A stretch of 64,000 bases of DNA from Squalus acanthias (taxonomy: Eukaryota), in contig JASTWF010000345.1 of the NCBI GenBank assembly GCA_030390025.1, positions 434,001 to 498,000 on the forward strand, given 5' to 3'. The notes below the pieces were generated by a model. It was not told the origin of the DNA. It searched no databases and worked only from the letters and a program-made list of their open reading frames with translations. Below are positions 25,470-36,931 of this stretch, in pieces; positions within the stretch are counted from its first letter, which is position 1, and every line of letters begins with the position of its first letter. Made by a program: the position numbers and the translations under genes.

Positions 25470-25810
25470 CTTCCAATTTTCACACCTCCCTCTCTATTAA
25501 TTCATGCTGGGGTATGCTTCCATGGGTACTGACCTCCCCCTATATCTCATGCAAGTGGCCATTCATGTAAATACCTGGACAACAGGCTATTGAAGAGTAG
25601 CATTAAAGTCATGCTCAAATCTATCTTTATCCAATATTCACACACACACTTTCCAACAGGAGCCATTAGATAATGACCACAAGCAGGAACTCGAGCAAAT
25701 TGCCCCCAGGGGCACTGAGGCCAATTGTAATGCCCTAGCCAAAATGAGCAAACTCAGCACAAATCAGGATCGAATTTGGGAGCTTTTTGGTCTGTATGGC
25801 TGAGTCCTTA
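25470..25810 (-). mobile_element. Old SINE-like repeat, same family as 22000-22420
   Basis: CCAGGGGCACTGAGGCCAATTGTA is the reverse complement of the motif at ~57672-57695. Confidence 0.6.
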
Positions 25811-26790
25811 CATTGGGCAGTGCAAAATGATCTGAGCCTTTTGGGCTAACCTGGTGACAGCATTTTAATAGACGCATACTACCATACAGCCTACAAGTGT
25901 AGTGAATGAGTTGTTTTATGTCGGTAACAGTGATACTTGAATTATGTTTCCACATTAATGTATGATTTTGAAACTGGGCCACTATGCCCTAATAACCTGT
26001 TAAAGTTTAGGGTTTTCCCTTAGATATTCTCTTGTGTGCAATGGTGTTAGTTACTCCTGTAAGCGATGAGCATCTTGCATTTAGGGGTGTGCCAGTCCTG
26101 CCCAATGTCTACACAGTAGTGTAACCCAGAGGTGCTCTGAACTGGATATTCATATCTTTCGCATGTGCACCTCGACAATCTTATCAAAGGCAGGCAGAGA
26201 AATATTTAAGATGAGGCAAGGTATAAATTGTTAAGCTGATTTAATAGCACGTGAACACACAGAGTAATAGTTGTGTTCAGACTCACTTACTTTTATCAGT
26301 ACAACTTGTCTTTGCATAATAAAACAAAATAATCAACATTATTTGCTTCCCCACATTAGTGGAATGTCTTGCTTGACTTAAAACAATATTAACTTCTAAC
26401 TACCATCCTGCATCTGAACTGTCTGAGCTCAGTGAAAGCTTGCCCTCATAGCTGCTGCTTAAAAATCTGACTGACTGCCTGCACCTGTCTTTTATCTCCG
26501 TGCTCACAACCAGATGGAAGGGTCTATGTCAGACAATGCCTGCCAAGCGGCCAGGACCAGGGACTGCCTCACGAGACATTTATGGAACACCGAGGTTAAG
26601 AAATTGCTTACCATTTAGTCTTTGGGGAAACGACTTCAAAGCCTAGTTAATCAGCATATTAACCAACTTTCTTCCTTGTGCCTTTTCTTTAAACTTGTGT
26701 ATACACTTTGCTTTAAAACACAAGGCATAAATGTAACTTATTTTTCCCAAAATTGTTTCTATAAAAAGTGACATAACTCAAGGTTACAAT

Positions 26791-26933
26791 CAATGTTCCC
26801 CCTAAGGTGCGCGGGCGCGTGGCCGCACAATCAGGAAATCCCACGCAGACCACTCACAAGCTGTTGCCACTGGAAGATACCGTGCAACTAATTTAAAGGA
26901 CTACGCACGAAAAAAAAATTAGAGGGAACATTG
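26791..26933. mobile_element. hAT-superfamily MITE, 143 bp
   Basis: 15-bp TIR CAATGTTCCCCCTAA / TTAGAGGGAACATTG (14/15 match); perfect 8-bp TSD GTTACAAT at 26783-26790 and 26934-26941. Confidence 0.92.
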
Positions 26934-27079
26934 GTTACAATCTCAAACCAGACCATTTACCACTGGAATTGCCTCCTGTAACAGATTATTATGTTAAATG
27001 GCACTGTCTCGCAGTTAATTCATATTTTCATTAGTTTCTTGAGCTGTTTTTATACTGTTCTTCTGCCTCTGGCTACCAA

Positions 27080-27274
27080 ATTGAGAGGTCGCACAACACC
27101 AGGTTATAGTCCAACAGTTTTATTTGAAATCACAAGCTTTCGGAGCTATCGATTGCTCCTTCCTCAGGTGAAGTAAATTAGATACAGAATCGCCAAAGCA
27201 TATATAGATAGAAAACAAAGCATGTGTACCTTACAATTGCAGACCACCAAATTAAAACAAATTAAATATATCGA
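27080..27274 (-). mobile_element. Penelope-like element pseudo-LTR remnant with 13-bp TSD
   Basis: CTCTGGCTACCAA at 27067-27079 and 27275-27287; same family as 22441-22546. Confidence 0.82.
27130..27171 (-). ncRNA. Minimal type I hammerhead ribozyme (dimer type)
   Basis: Minus strand: TCAC-CTGAGGA-A-GGAGC(AATCGATA)GCTCC-GAAA-GC-TT-GTGA. Confidence 0.78.
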
Positions 27275-27982
27275 CTCTGGCTACCAACGCATGGGATTTT
27301 TTTTTTTTTTTAAAATTTTTTTTTTTAAAGACCAGGACTTTCTGGGTCCGCATCATGACATCAGCAATATACCAGGATCCATTTTAGAGCCAAATCATAC
27401 CGGGACCAATTAATATTTGAATATAAATATGGGAGAGCAGTCTTCTTCTGAGACCCAGCCTGCAATATGAAAGCAGACTTCATCCCCTTAGCGCCTCCCG
27501 TTAGCGCCAGTAGATGGCGCTAATGGGGCGCTAGATCAGTATCGCCGGGGCGAGGTGAATCCAAGGCTTCACGCCAAATCCAACCCCCACCCCCCCTCCC
27601 CACAGCTCCGCCAGTAAGAGGTATTGCCAGGAACATCAATGCCAGGTAGATAGTGATGTCAGTGAACGTGCAACGCTCACTGACCGGCCAATTTGCAAAA
27701 CTGATTCTCGCCACTTACCTCACTGCCTGGAGTAAACACTGACGGGGAGAGCTGGCATGCAGCATCAGGAAGCTGGCTCCGGAGACATTATTTAAAGGGA
27801 TCATCAGTAATCACTCACAACTGTCAAGTTAGTGCAGTTTCAGTGGTTTATTGTTAATTTCACCCACTGCAACAGTTTCATTCAGTAATTTCAAGGTTCT
27901 TTTGTATCAGGAGTCTTCTGGCAACTAAAAAGTAGCTACCTTTATTCTTCAAAGATTCAAACTGCTACACTTGGTAACATTA

Positions 27983-29127
27983 ATGGGGGCTGTACTAGCA
28001 TGCCACCTCGCCCTCCAGGATCTATGGTGGAGGGTGCGTAGGCAGCGAGAAATACGGGAACATGTGCGCAGAGAAATGAGGAGGGACACCAGGGCTCTCA
28101 CCAAGAGACCTTACCCTCCAAGGGTACTCCGAGAGCACTTCTCCTACCTCCAATTAAGCGAGGAGCAGTGTATTAGAAGGCTCCGCTTCACCAAGGAGGT
28201 TGTCACAGAACTCTGCCTCCTCCTGCAACCAGACCTCCAGCCTCAGACCAGGGCAACTATGGCTCTCCCAGTGGCAGTGAAGGTCACTCTGGCCCTCCAT
28301 TTCTTCGCCAGCGGATCCTTCTGCAACAGGAGACATAGCTAACATCTCACAGTTCGCCATCCATCACTGCATCCGGGAAGTCACTGAGGCTCTCTACAGC
28401 AGGAGAAGGGACTACATTGGCTTCCTGATCACTAGAGAGAAGCAGAATAAGCATGCATGTGGCTTTGCCAGGATAGCGGGCTTCCCCATGGTGCAGGGCT
28501 CCATCGACTGCACCCACAAGGCTTTGCGGGCACCGCATAATAATCCTGAGATCTTCCGTAACTGCAAAGGCTACCACTCACTTAATGAGCGGTTGGTGTG
28601 CGACCACAGACAGCAAATCCTCAATGTCAATGCTCACTATCCTGGCAGCAGCCACGATGCCTTCATCTTGCACCAGACCTGTATGTCAGCATTCTTCCAG
28701 CCACCATGTCAAACTCGAGGGTGGCTGCTCGGAGACAAGGGCTATCCGCTCTCCACCTGGCTCATAACTCCCCTCCACAACCCCAACACTCGTGCCCAGC
28801 ACTCATATAATGAGAGCTATGCTGCCACCAGGAACATCATCGAGCAGACCATCGGCTTATTGAAGCAATGGTTCCGCTGCCTTGACCGCTCAGGACGAGC
28901 CCTCCAGTACTCACCAGAGCGGGTGTCCCATTTCGTGGTGGTCTGCTGCATGCTCCACAACTTGGCCATCATGAGGGCGCAGCCCTTGCCAGCAGGGATT
29001 GCGGGACCACCTCAGGAGGAGGACGAGGCAGAGGAGGATGAGGAACAGTAGGGAGCGGAGGCAGCAAGACAATGGGCCATCTGGACGGGCTGTCCGTGAC
29101 CGGCTCATCAGACTCCAACTCACATGA
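27983..29127 (+). pseudogene. Harbinger (HARBI1-like, DDE_Tnp_4) transposase with one frameshift at ~28322
   Basis: Contains GSIDCTH, NCKGYHSLN, YPGSSHDAFIL, WLLGDKGYP, RNIIEQTIGLLKQWFRCL and CCMLHNLA. ORF 27983-28342 and the frame of ORF 28488-29051 join at SGSF/ATGDIANISQ. First in-frame stop is at 29051; homologous sequence continues to ~29127. Confidence 0.93.
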
Positions 29128-29253
29128 ATGAAACCCCAGATCCCCATAGCTCACCACATCCCCATCATACAATCCCTGTCTCATGGCATATCACAGCGTC
29201 CTCCTGGGTGCAAAGGTGAAATGAGAAACCCCACAGAATATTCCAAAGACCAT

Positions 29254-29323
29254 TAATAAATTTATCTATAAACATATCACATGAATTCTAATAAATTTAT
29301 CTATAAACATATCACACGAATCC
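29254..29323 (+). repeat. 35-bp tandem duplication containing AATAAA
   Basis: TAATAAATTTATCTATAAACATATCACAYGAATYC x2. Confidence 0.9.
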
Positions 29324-29499
29324 TTGTGCCTGCCATAGCTGAATAGCTGTCATTCTGTGCAAGGTGTGAGATGTGGGTTTGAGTGTAGTTAGGCAGAGAT
29401 TGTTGGTGGGTGAGTGCTGGGGGGTGTGGTGCTTTGAGCAGTGTGTGAAGATTGTGGTACAGATGGTGGTATGTAGCATTTGTTAAAGCCTTCACTCAC

Positions 29500-29742
29500 C
29501 CTGACCACCCAAGTGAGGTCGTTAAATTTCATCCTCCACTGTGTGGGGGTCCTGGGGACCACAGTGCTGCCCAAGACGTGCTGCACTACCTCCTTCCACA
29601 TGGTGTGGAAGACTTGTGGTGAGGGCCTCCTGCCACTTGCCGGGTAGAGCACTGCCCTCCGTCTCTCCACAGCGAAAATCAATGCCTCCAATGCTTCATC
29701 GGAGAATCTGTGGGCTCTCTCCCTGGGGCGTGGACTTGCCAT
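29500..29742 (-). pseudogene. Exon 1 of the Harbinger Myb/SANT-like DNA-binding protein (downstream exons deleted)
   Basis: MASPRPRERAHRFSDEALEALIFAVERRRAVLYP...MWKEV...RTPTQWRMKFNDL, followed by donor AGG|GTGAGT at 29499. Confidence 0.88.
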
Positions 29743-31365
29743 GAGCACACCTGGTTTAGGCCTCCGCCTCCTTCTCCTTGTTCTGCTTCTGCTTGCTGAG
29801 ACAGCTGCACAGCCAGCAATGCTGAGAATGAGGTGCTGCAGCATCAATGAACCTCCCATTTAAGTAGTGAAAAAAGCTTGTGGCAATGATGAGTTGCGAT
29901 TATACTGCACCCATTATTGGTCCACCCTTTAAGTCTAACGCCAATGAGCTTGGGTTTTAAGACTTCATTTAGGACTCCAATCATTTCATTGAGCAGTGAG
30001 GACGAATTTTTCATGCAGTCTAAAGCATTTGCGCCTGGCATTAATTCTTCAACTTTTCTACTGACACCGCCCATTCCTTGGCTATAACGAATTTCTAGCC
30101 TTTAGTGTCTACATGGACTTTTGAACACAAATGTTGTGTTATTAATTCTGGTGTCCTTTCGCAATCATCAAAAAATGTTAAAATATTATAAAACATACTG
30201 CTATTGCTTATATTTAATGAATTTTAAAACATAATTTACAGCAGTTGGAATGAGTAAAGAAATTATATTTTCCACTGACCTTTTTCTTTGTCAAGACAAC
30301 TGAATGATATAAAGCTTCTATGTATGCAAAATATTCCAGAAAATTAAACCACTATTACAGTTAAGACTTGGTTCTAACAATAAACACACACTTTAACAAG
30401 GCATGATGTGTCAATTTGTCTATGTAAGAAAGAATCTATAAATTCGCTTGTTTATTTTTCCTTGTCCTATCACTGGTTAGGTACTTTTACCCTGTAATTG
30501 TGCTTTCAGTCTTTCCCCTATAGCAGCATATTGTCAGAAATGTAGAACAACGTGACACAAAGGCATTTCTTTTTCTATCTGGGGTGCCTATGACTCCAGT
30601 CTGAATTAAATTAAAAATTTGCCAGCTAAGACCTGATCCCTAACTAGTGTGGGTCTGTGGAGCCTGTCTGAACACAGAGCTGGTTGTCTGTCTCCATAGG
30701 ATACTTGAACCCAGTGTACCCAACATCTTAACCCCTATACTGCTAGATGACTCGCTGGACTGCGTATGGGACAGGAATTGCCACACCTGGACAGCATTCC
30801 ATTTGGATTTATTTTACATAAGCTCAGTCTTTCTGTAATTCAGATAACATCTGTCTATAAGACAAGGAAAATGACACCGATATATAAGATGAGTTAGTAG
30901 ACAGAGGTTTTTAATAGCAGTGTGTGTTCATACATACATGCAATCAAAGTGATTGCTCCAGCTGTTTGGTCTGATGAAAATTCACTAACTGTAATTTAGG
31001 TAATTGTTGTCAGATGCTGTAAATGAGTTCCCAAAGTCTATGGGGGTTAAATTGGATAGCCCCTGAAAACGGGCACGGGGATCGCGAAGCGTGATTATCC
31101 TGCGCCCGTTCCTTCCAATGCAGGCAGCACGCAAACTTCGTGCTGCCTGCTCATTACCACGATTGTAGCATACAGCCAGCTCTAACCACGCTGTTGAGTG
31201 GCTGCACGCCTCAGCAGGGGCCCAAAACCGTGATAGGCTAGCATGAGTTAAAGCCAGCCTGCACTACTTAAAGCCAGCCTGCACCTCTTAAAGGGGAGGT
31301 GCATTGTGACTGGAGCAGGTGATGGAGGTCCTTGTACAAGTCACTCTGACGTGGAAAATGATCGA

Positions 31366-33211
31366 ATGGCACAACATGGGAGAGAACGTGCTCCATATTT
31401 CTCGATGCGGCACTGGAGGGCTTGGTGGAGGAGGTGGAAAGGAGGAGTGAAGTGCTGTATCCACTGGAGGCCAGGAGGCCCTCCAGACCAACGCTCAGAA
31501 GGCAGTGGGACCAGATAACTGTGCCGGTCAATGACAGGAGTCAAGCCCCGAGGACCTGGATGCAGTGCCGCCAAAAGCTCAATGACCTCACACGAGTGGT
31601 CAAGGTCAGTGAATTCATCTTCAAATGCCATATTGCACCACCTGCAGTACTAGCCTTGGACACTGCTCAATTCACCACACCCTCCTCACTCAGCTACCAA
31701 CAATCTCTATCAATCACGACTCATACCCAACATTTATAGCTGCACCTCACCCTCACACACTTATCACTGCTGCAAGCCCCACACCCACATCTCACAGCTT
31801 GCACACACTCTCAGTTATTCAACCATGACAGCCACATCACCGAAACAGATTGCACCACACTCAGTGACACACCTCCCTTTCTCTTGCAGGATAAGGTGGT
31901 GCACAACCAGAGGCAGCAGGAGCTAACCGGCAGGGGACAGGTGCGCCTGCATGTCCTAACCCCCATGGAGGAGACGGTGCTCACCATCATTGGAGCAGCC
32001 AATGCTGATGCTGTGGCTGAAATGATAGAGGATGACACTATCCTCATACCTAATCCTCCTTCTCCCATCTCACAATCTCTTCTGATTTACAAGCTGCAGA
32101 TGGTGTAAGCATTCACCTCTTGCTTTCCCCCTCTCCCCTCACCACAACCTTACCCTTGTGTCTTTCTCCTTTCAGATACCCAACAACTGCAATATGCCCA
32201 GGCAGTGGTAGAAGACCAACAAGACACTGATGATGAAGAATCACCGTCACTCAATTTCACACTTGCAGCCACCAGATCAGATACTGACACTACGCGTAAT
32301 TTAAAGGATAGCATAGAGATGGGATCTGCACATGGTGAGACACTGGCATGAGTGGCCTGCAGCCAGGGCAGGGGGCAAGGGTAGTGCAGGTGTCAGCTCA
32401 CTGGAGGGCAAGGTCGCACACGAGTTCTGCACTTCAATGAGACGGGCTACAGAAGAAGGCTGATGGGAATGCACAATGAAATGCTTGGCGCATTGGGAAG
32501 CCTGCCAGAAAGCCTGTGCGCAATATCAAGGAGCATGGAGGAGTCTGGTACCATTTGGCACAGGGTTTTGCACAGAGCTTGGAACCATTCCTTTCCAGCA
32601 TGGAAGTGGTGGCCAACTCCATTAGCACACTTGTGAACCAAACCATGATGTAGCGTCTGATGGTCGATGTCTCAGCTTCCATTGCAGCACAAGCAGCAGC
32701 CACACAATGTCTGGGTGCTGCAGTGGAAGCTCAGCTTACTGCCATGCAAGCTCAGACTGCTGCTATCATGGCTGTGGATTCCAGTGTTCAAATGGGCTTG
32801 CAGGGTGTCACATCAGTCCACCATCTGTCCGCCAACAGGTTACTAGGACTGCTGAGGCGCCGCTCCGGGGGAGTGGCAGTGGCTCAGTGAAGCACAAACT
32901 TGCTGTCCTCTCTCAGGATGACAGCATTCGCCCTCCCACCAGTCACTATGCAAGTGCCCTTGCTGTTTCCTGTCAGCCAGCCAGTCCAGACTGCTGCCGC
33001 CCATGCCGAGATGGTGCAGTCTGCAGCCGGGCCTTCTAGGCCCAGAACTGCTCGAGGTCGTCCTCCAAGGCCATCTGCAGTCTCCCCCACTGAAAGTCAG
33101 CAGCCTTTCACCAGCCATGCTGCAGCTACTGGGGGAGCACTACGTAGGAGCACTTGGACAGGCAAAGGCACACAGAAGACAGGCACTAAGGGAATGCACA
33201 AGGGTGATTAG
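31366..33211 (+). pseudogene. Spliced Myb/SANT-like gene of Harbinger B (exon 1 31366-31604, exon 2 31890-~32035, exon 3 32176-33211), frameshifted
   Basis: MAQHGRERAPYFS/DAALEGLVEEVERRSEVLYP...QWDQI...RTWMQCRQKLNDLTRVVK|gtcagt...cttgcag|DKVVHNQRQQELTGRG...LTPMEE; second acceptor ctttcag at 32175. Confidence 0.82.
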
Positions 33212-33380
33212 TTTACATTTGTATGCAATATGGCATGGTTCGATTTATAAATTTGGTTTGGAATGTTTATTTTGTGTTGGCTTTTATTTTTGCAGTGTGG
33301 CCAGGCGGACGCTGTGATGGTCAGTGACAGAGGGAAGGTAAGGTGTGGGACTGTTGGTTAATGGGGAATTGGGGTTGCAT

Positions 33381-34454
33381 CTACTGGTATCACAGTGGGA
33401 TGAGTCCTTCACGGACAGCCTGGCCAGAAAGGAGCTGTCGAGGTTGCCTCCTCCTCCTCAGCTGCTTGCTGTATAACTGGTGGCAAGGGCTGAGCCCTCA
33501 TGATGGCGAGGTTGTGCAGCATGCAGCAGACCATCACGAATCTTGACCTCGCTCTGCCGAGTACTGCAGGGCTCCTCCAGAGCGGTCCAGGCAGAGGAAG
33601 TGTTGTTTCAGCACGCCAATGGTCTGCTGTATCACATTTTGTGTGGCAGCCTAGCTTTCATTGTATGCATGCTGCTCAGGTGTGTGTGGGTTGCGCACTG
33701 AAATCATGAGCCATGTCATCAGCGATAGCCCTCGTCACCCAATATCCACCCTTTTGTTTGTCGTGGTGGCTCAAATGCAGATGGCACAGAGGACAGCCGC
33801 AGAATGAAGGCACCATGACTGCTGCCAGGATACCGGGCATTCACCTGCATGATTTGCTGATTATGGTCGCACACCAGCTGGATGTTGAGAGAGTGGAATC
33901 CCTTTCGGTTGCGGCAGCGCCCACAAAGCAACATGCGTGCGGTCAATGGCACCCTGCACCATGGGAAAGCCTGCAATCCTCACGAAGCCATGTGCTCACT
34001 CTGCCTGCTGCTCTCTGGCAAGAGAGACTGAAGTGTAGTCAGCTCTCTGAATAGAGAGCCTCAGTGACCTGCCTTACACAAACGGCGAGCTGTTGCAAAT
34101 ATTTCCAGCTCCAGCCTGGAAGGAGCCCAACTCATAAAAGTTCATTGCCACGGTCACCTTCACAGCCACTGGCAATGTGGTCCTTGCCCTGCTCTAAGGT
34201 TGCAGTTATGGCTGCAGCAGGTGGCAGATTTCAGTGAGGACATTCTGACTGAAGCACAGACGTCTCACATGCTGTTCCTCGTTGAGGCTCAGTTAGGAGA
34301 ATTGCTCCCTGAACATCCTGGACGGATATGACCTCCTGCTGAGAGCCCTTCTCTGCCTCCTCCCTCTTCCAGCAGCTTGTCCTGCTCTGCATGACCTCTG
34401 TTCATTCTCCAACTCATGCTGTATTCCAAGGAGAATTCCTAGTAGTGCACCCAT
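33381..34454 (-). pseudogene. Harbinger transposase of element B, multiple stops and frameshifts
   Basis: RNRKGFHSLNIQLVCDH...ARYPGSSHGAFIL...GWILGDEGY; N-terminal LPVAVKVTVA homologous to element A. Confidence 0.9.
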
Positions 34455-35069
34455 GTCTGGGAGCAACTGGTTTGTGCAGAAGCCTTGAAGTCAGATCAAA
34501 GTCCTTCAGTACCTGCCATACCACTCCCTTTAACAATTTTAAAGAACTCGAAAAAGCACTAAACGTGTGTGCGAGCTTAAGGGAGGGCATTAGCTGGAGC
34601 ATTGAGCTCCAAAATGGCACCGCTGGTGTCAAATCAGCGTTCCACACTGATTGACATCATGATCTGCCTATTCTGCATACTTTCTCACTGTGCGCGCACA
34701 CGCTAACGCCCTCACCAGTATGGCGTCCGGAGTGAACCACACCAGAAGTGTGTGCGCGCATCACGGATGCCATTTTGGAGCTCTAAGGGCACTCGTAGCA
34801 CCCAAAAAACAGGCGCTATGGATCCGAATTTTGTGCCCGTTGAGTGTTATTTTGTAACAGCTGGAGGGTTTTGAATGTACAGATTATTTCTGGGTATGGA
34901 ATTACTACCCAATGTATTGCAGATGACTTTACCACATTTGAGCCTCTTGTAGATTCCTGCTGCACCCCATCTAAAGTTATGAATCAAGCTGGAAATCTAT
35001 GTACTGTTCTCGTCGCTTCCATTTTCAACTCTTTATATCTATCCCCCACCCTCATTATTCACCAGCCAA

Positions 35070-35255
35070 GAGTCATAGAGTCACCGTCATAGAGTTATAC
35101 AGCGCAGAAAGAGGCCCTTTGGCCCATCGTGTCTGCGCCGGTCATCAAGCCCTATCTATTCTAATCCCATTTTCCAGCACTTGGTCCATAGCCTTGTATG
35201 CTATGGCGTTTCAAGTGCTCATCTAAATGCTTCTTGAATGTTGTGAGGGTTCCTG
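35070..35255 (-). mobile_element. CR1 3' end fragment
   Basis: (AGTCATAG)n-like tail on +; TLTTFKKHLD...GYGPSAGKWD on minus. Confidence 0.85.
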
Positions 35256-36442
35256 CCTGAGAGGAGGCAAGAGGTTCCAAGTATGCATAATTGCCAACTG
35301 CGATTGTTTGGAATGGACAACTTGCTTTTTGGAGCCCTATCCGCTCCATTCATGCAGTCATTCCGCAAGCAGCATTTCCAGCTCTGGCCAAGTCCTCCCC
35401 AGAGCTTTGCTTCTTGAGCACAGGAACAAACCCACCCTCTATAGAGGGGAGAGGGGGAAGAGGAAGAAGGGCAGGGAGAAACAGTGAGGAATGTGTGGGA
35501 AAACAGGAAGCAGCGCAAATCCGAGTCACTTTACATCACTGATTCTTCACATTTGCTTAAATGCTTTTGCAGAATGCACAAGGTAAGACAACCAGGGAAA
35601 TATTGCTGCTACACAATTTTTCAAACATGCAAGGAATTCTGCCTGGCTAGTTCTAGTGACATCACTTACATATGCTAAGTAATTCCATTAATTAAGCACG
35701 ACAGTACAGCCCCCAACGTCCCATGAGATTGCAATCAATTACTAAAACTAAAGCAAAAATGCAGATTACGCCATTATTCAATTTAAAAATCCATTTAATT
35801 TAGAAAAGAATTTTGTTCCCACTATGTTGTATTAAAAAGGAGATTGTCAATATAGTTCCCCAGCTCTCTCATAGCCTCACTGACATTTCAAAGCGAAAGT
35901 AGACATTCTCTGACCTTTATAGACTTTATGTTCAAGCTATCAAAATTAAAATCTCCATGCTATCCCTTTGAACACTATGGCTTTGCTAAAAAATACAGTT
36001 CTTAAATAACTGAGAAAATTGCAGTTTTAATGGAAAATCAGAGGAGGAAAATCTCAAAACAACCACAGAGCAGATACATGCAATTAGATTTAGACAGCTT
36101 CTATCACTTTTCAATTAGCGATCAGTTGGATAATGCCCCTTTTCACTAAGTTCATCAAAAAATCCTAAGAAACAAATTCTAAGCATAGTTATTTTATGTG
36201 TTTATGAATAAATTGGAATGCTGCATATCCAGTCCCATCAGGATCAAGGTATATGGAAATATATGATAATGTTGACATGATGTACACAATTCCCAAGTAA
36301 ATGATGATATAACTTCACATTAAAACTACCTGTTTTGATTAAATTAATGGTTAATACAACAAACGAATACCACCTGGGGTTATATCGCATTAAACACACA
36401 CACATTAATGGAATCAGATATTGCAGAGGCAGATAATTAATC

Positions 36443-36895
36443 AAAGAATGAAAGAACTTGTTATATAGCGCCTTTCATGACCTTGACATCCCACTGCACT
36501 TTACAGCCAATAAAGTACTTTTGTAATGAAGTCACTTGCACTGTAGGAAACATGGCAGCTAATTTGCACACAGCAAGGTCCGACAATCAGCAATTAAGTA
36601 AATGACCAGATCATCTGCTTTTGGTGTTGGTTGGGGGATAAATATTAGTCAGTACACTGGCAGAAACTCCCCTGCTCTTCTTCGAATAGTGCCATGGGAT
36701 CTTTAACATCCACCTGAGGGGGCAGAAAGACCTTGGTTAACATATCACCCAAAAGACAGCACCTCAGAGTGCAGCACTCCCTCAGTACTGCACTGAAGTG
36801 CCAGCCTGGATTATATGCTCGAGTCTCTGAAGTGGGGCTTGAACCCAGGACCTCTGACTCAGAGGTGAGAGTGCTACCACTGGGCCAAGACTGAC
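36443..36895 (-). mobile_element. DeuSINE-family SINE, full length
   Basis: Colinear with 205-678. Confidence 0.85.
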
Positions 36896-36931
36896 ATCAA
36901 TCAAGCTGACCAGTTAGCATTTGTATATGTA

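Larger units (their letters stand above)
27331..30100. mobile_element. PIF/Harbinger transposon A (internally deleted; left TIR not found)
   Basis: Transposase on + and Myb/SANT exon on -; right end CGAATTTCTAGCC; subterminal hairpin 27489-27533. Left boundary is approximate. Confidence 0.88.
31042..34838. mobile_element. PIF/Harbinger transposon B (~3.8 kb, near full length, decayed)
   Basis: Myb gene on + and transposase on -; degenerate TIRs GGGGGTTAAATTGGAT / ATCCGAATTTTGTGCCC; no matching TSD. Confidence 0.88.

Noticed and set aside
28488..29051. Host HARBI1 gene
   Set aside because: Embedded in a transposon with a convergent Myb gene and a TIR, frameshifted, with a related copy 4 kb away; a TE copy rather than the domesticated gene.
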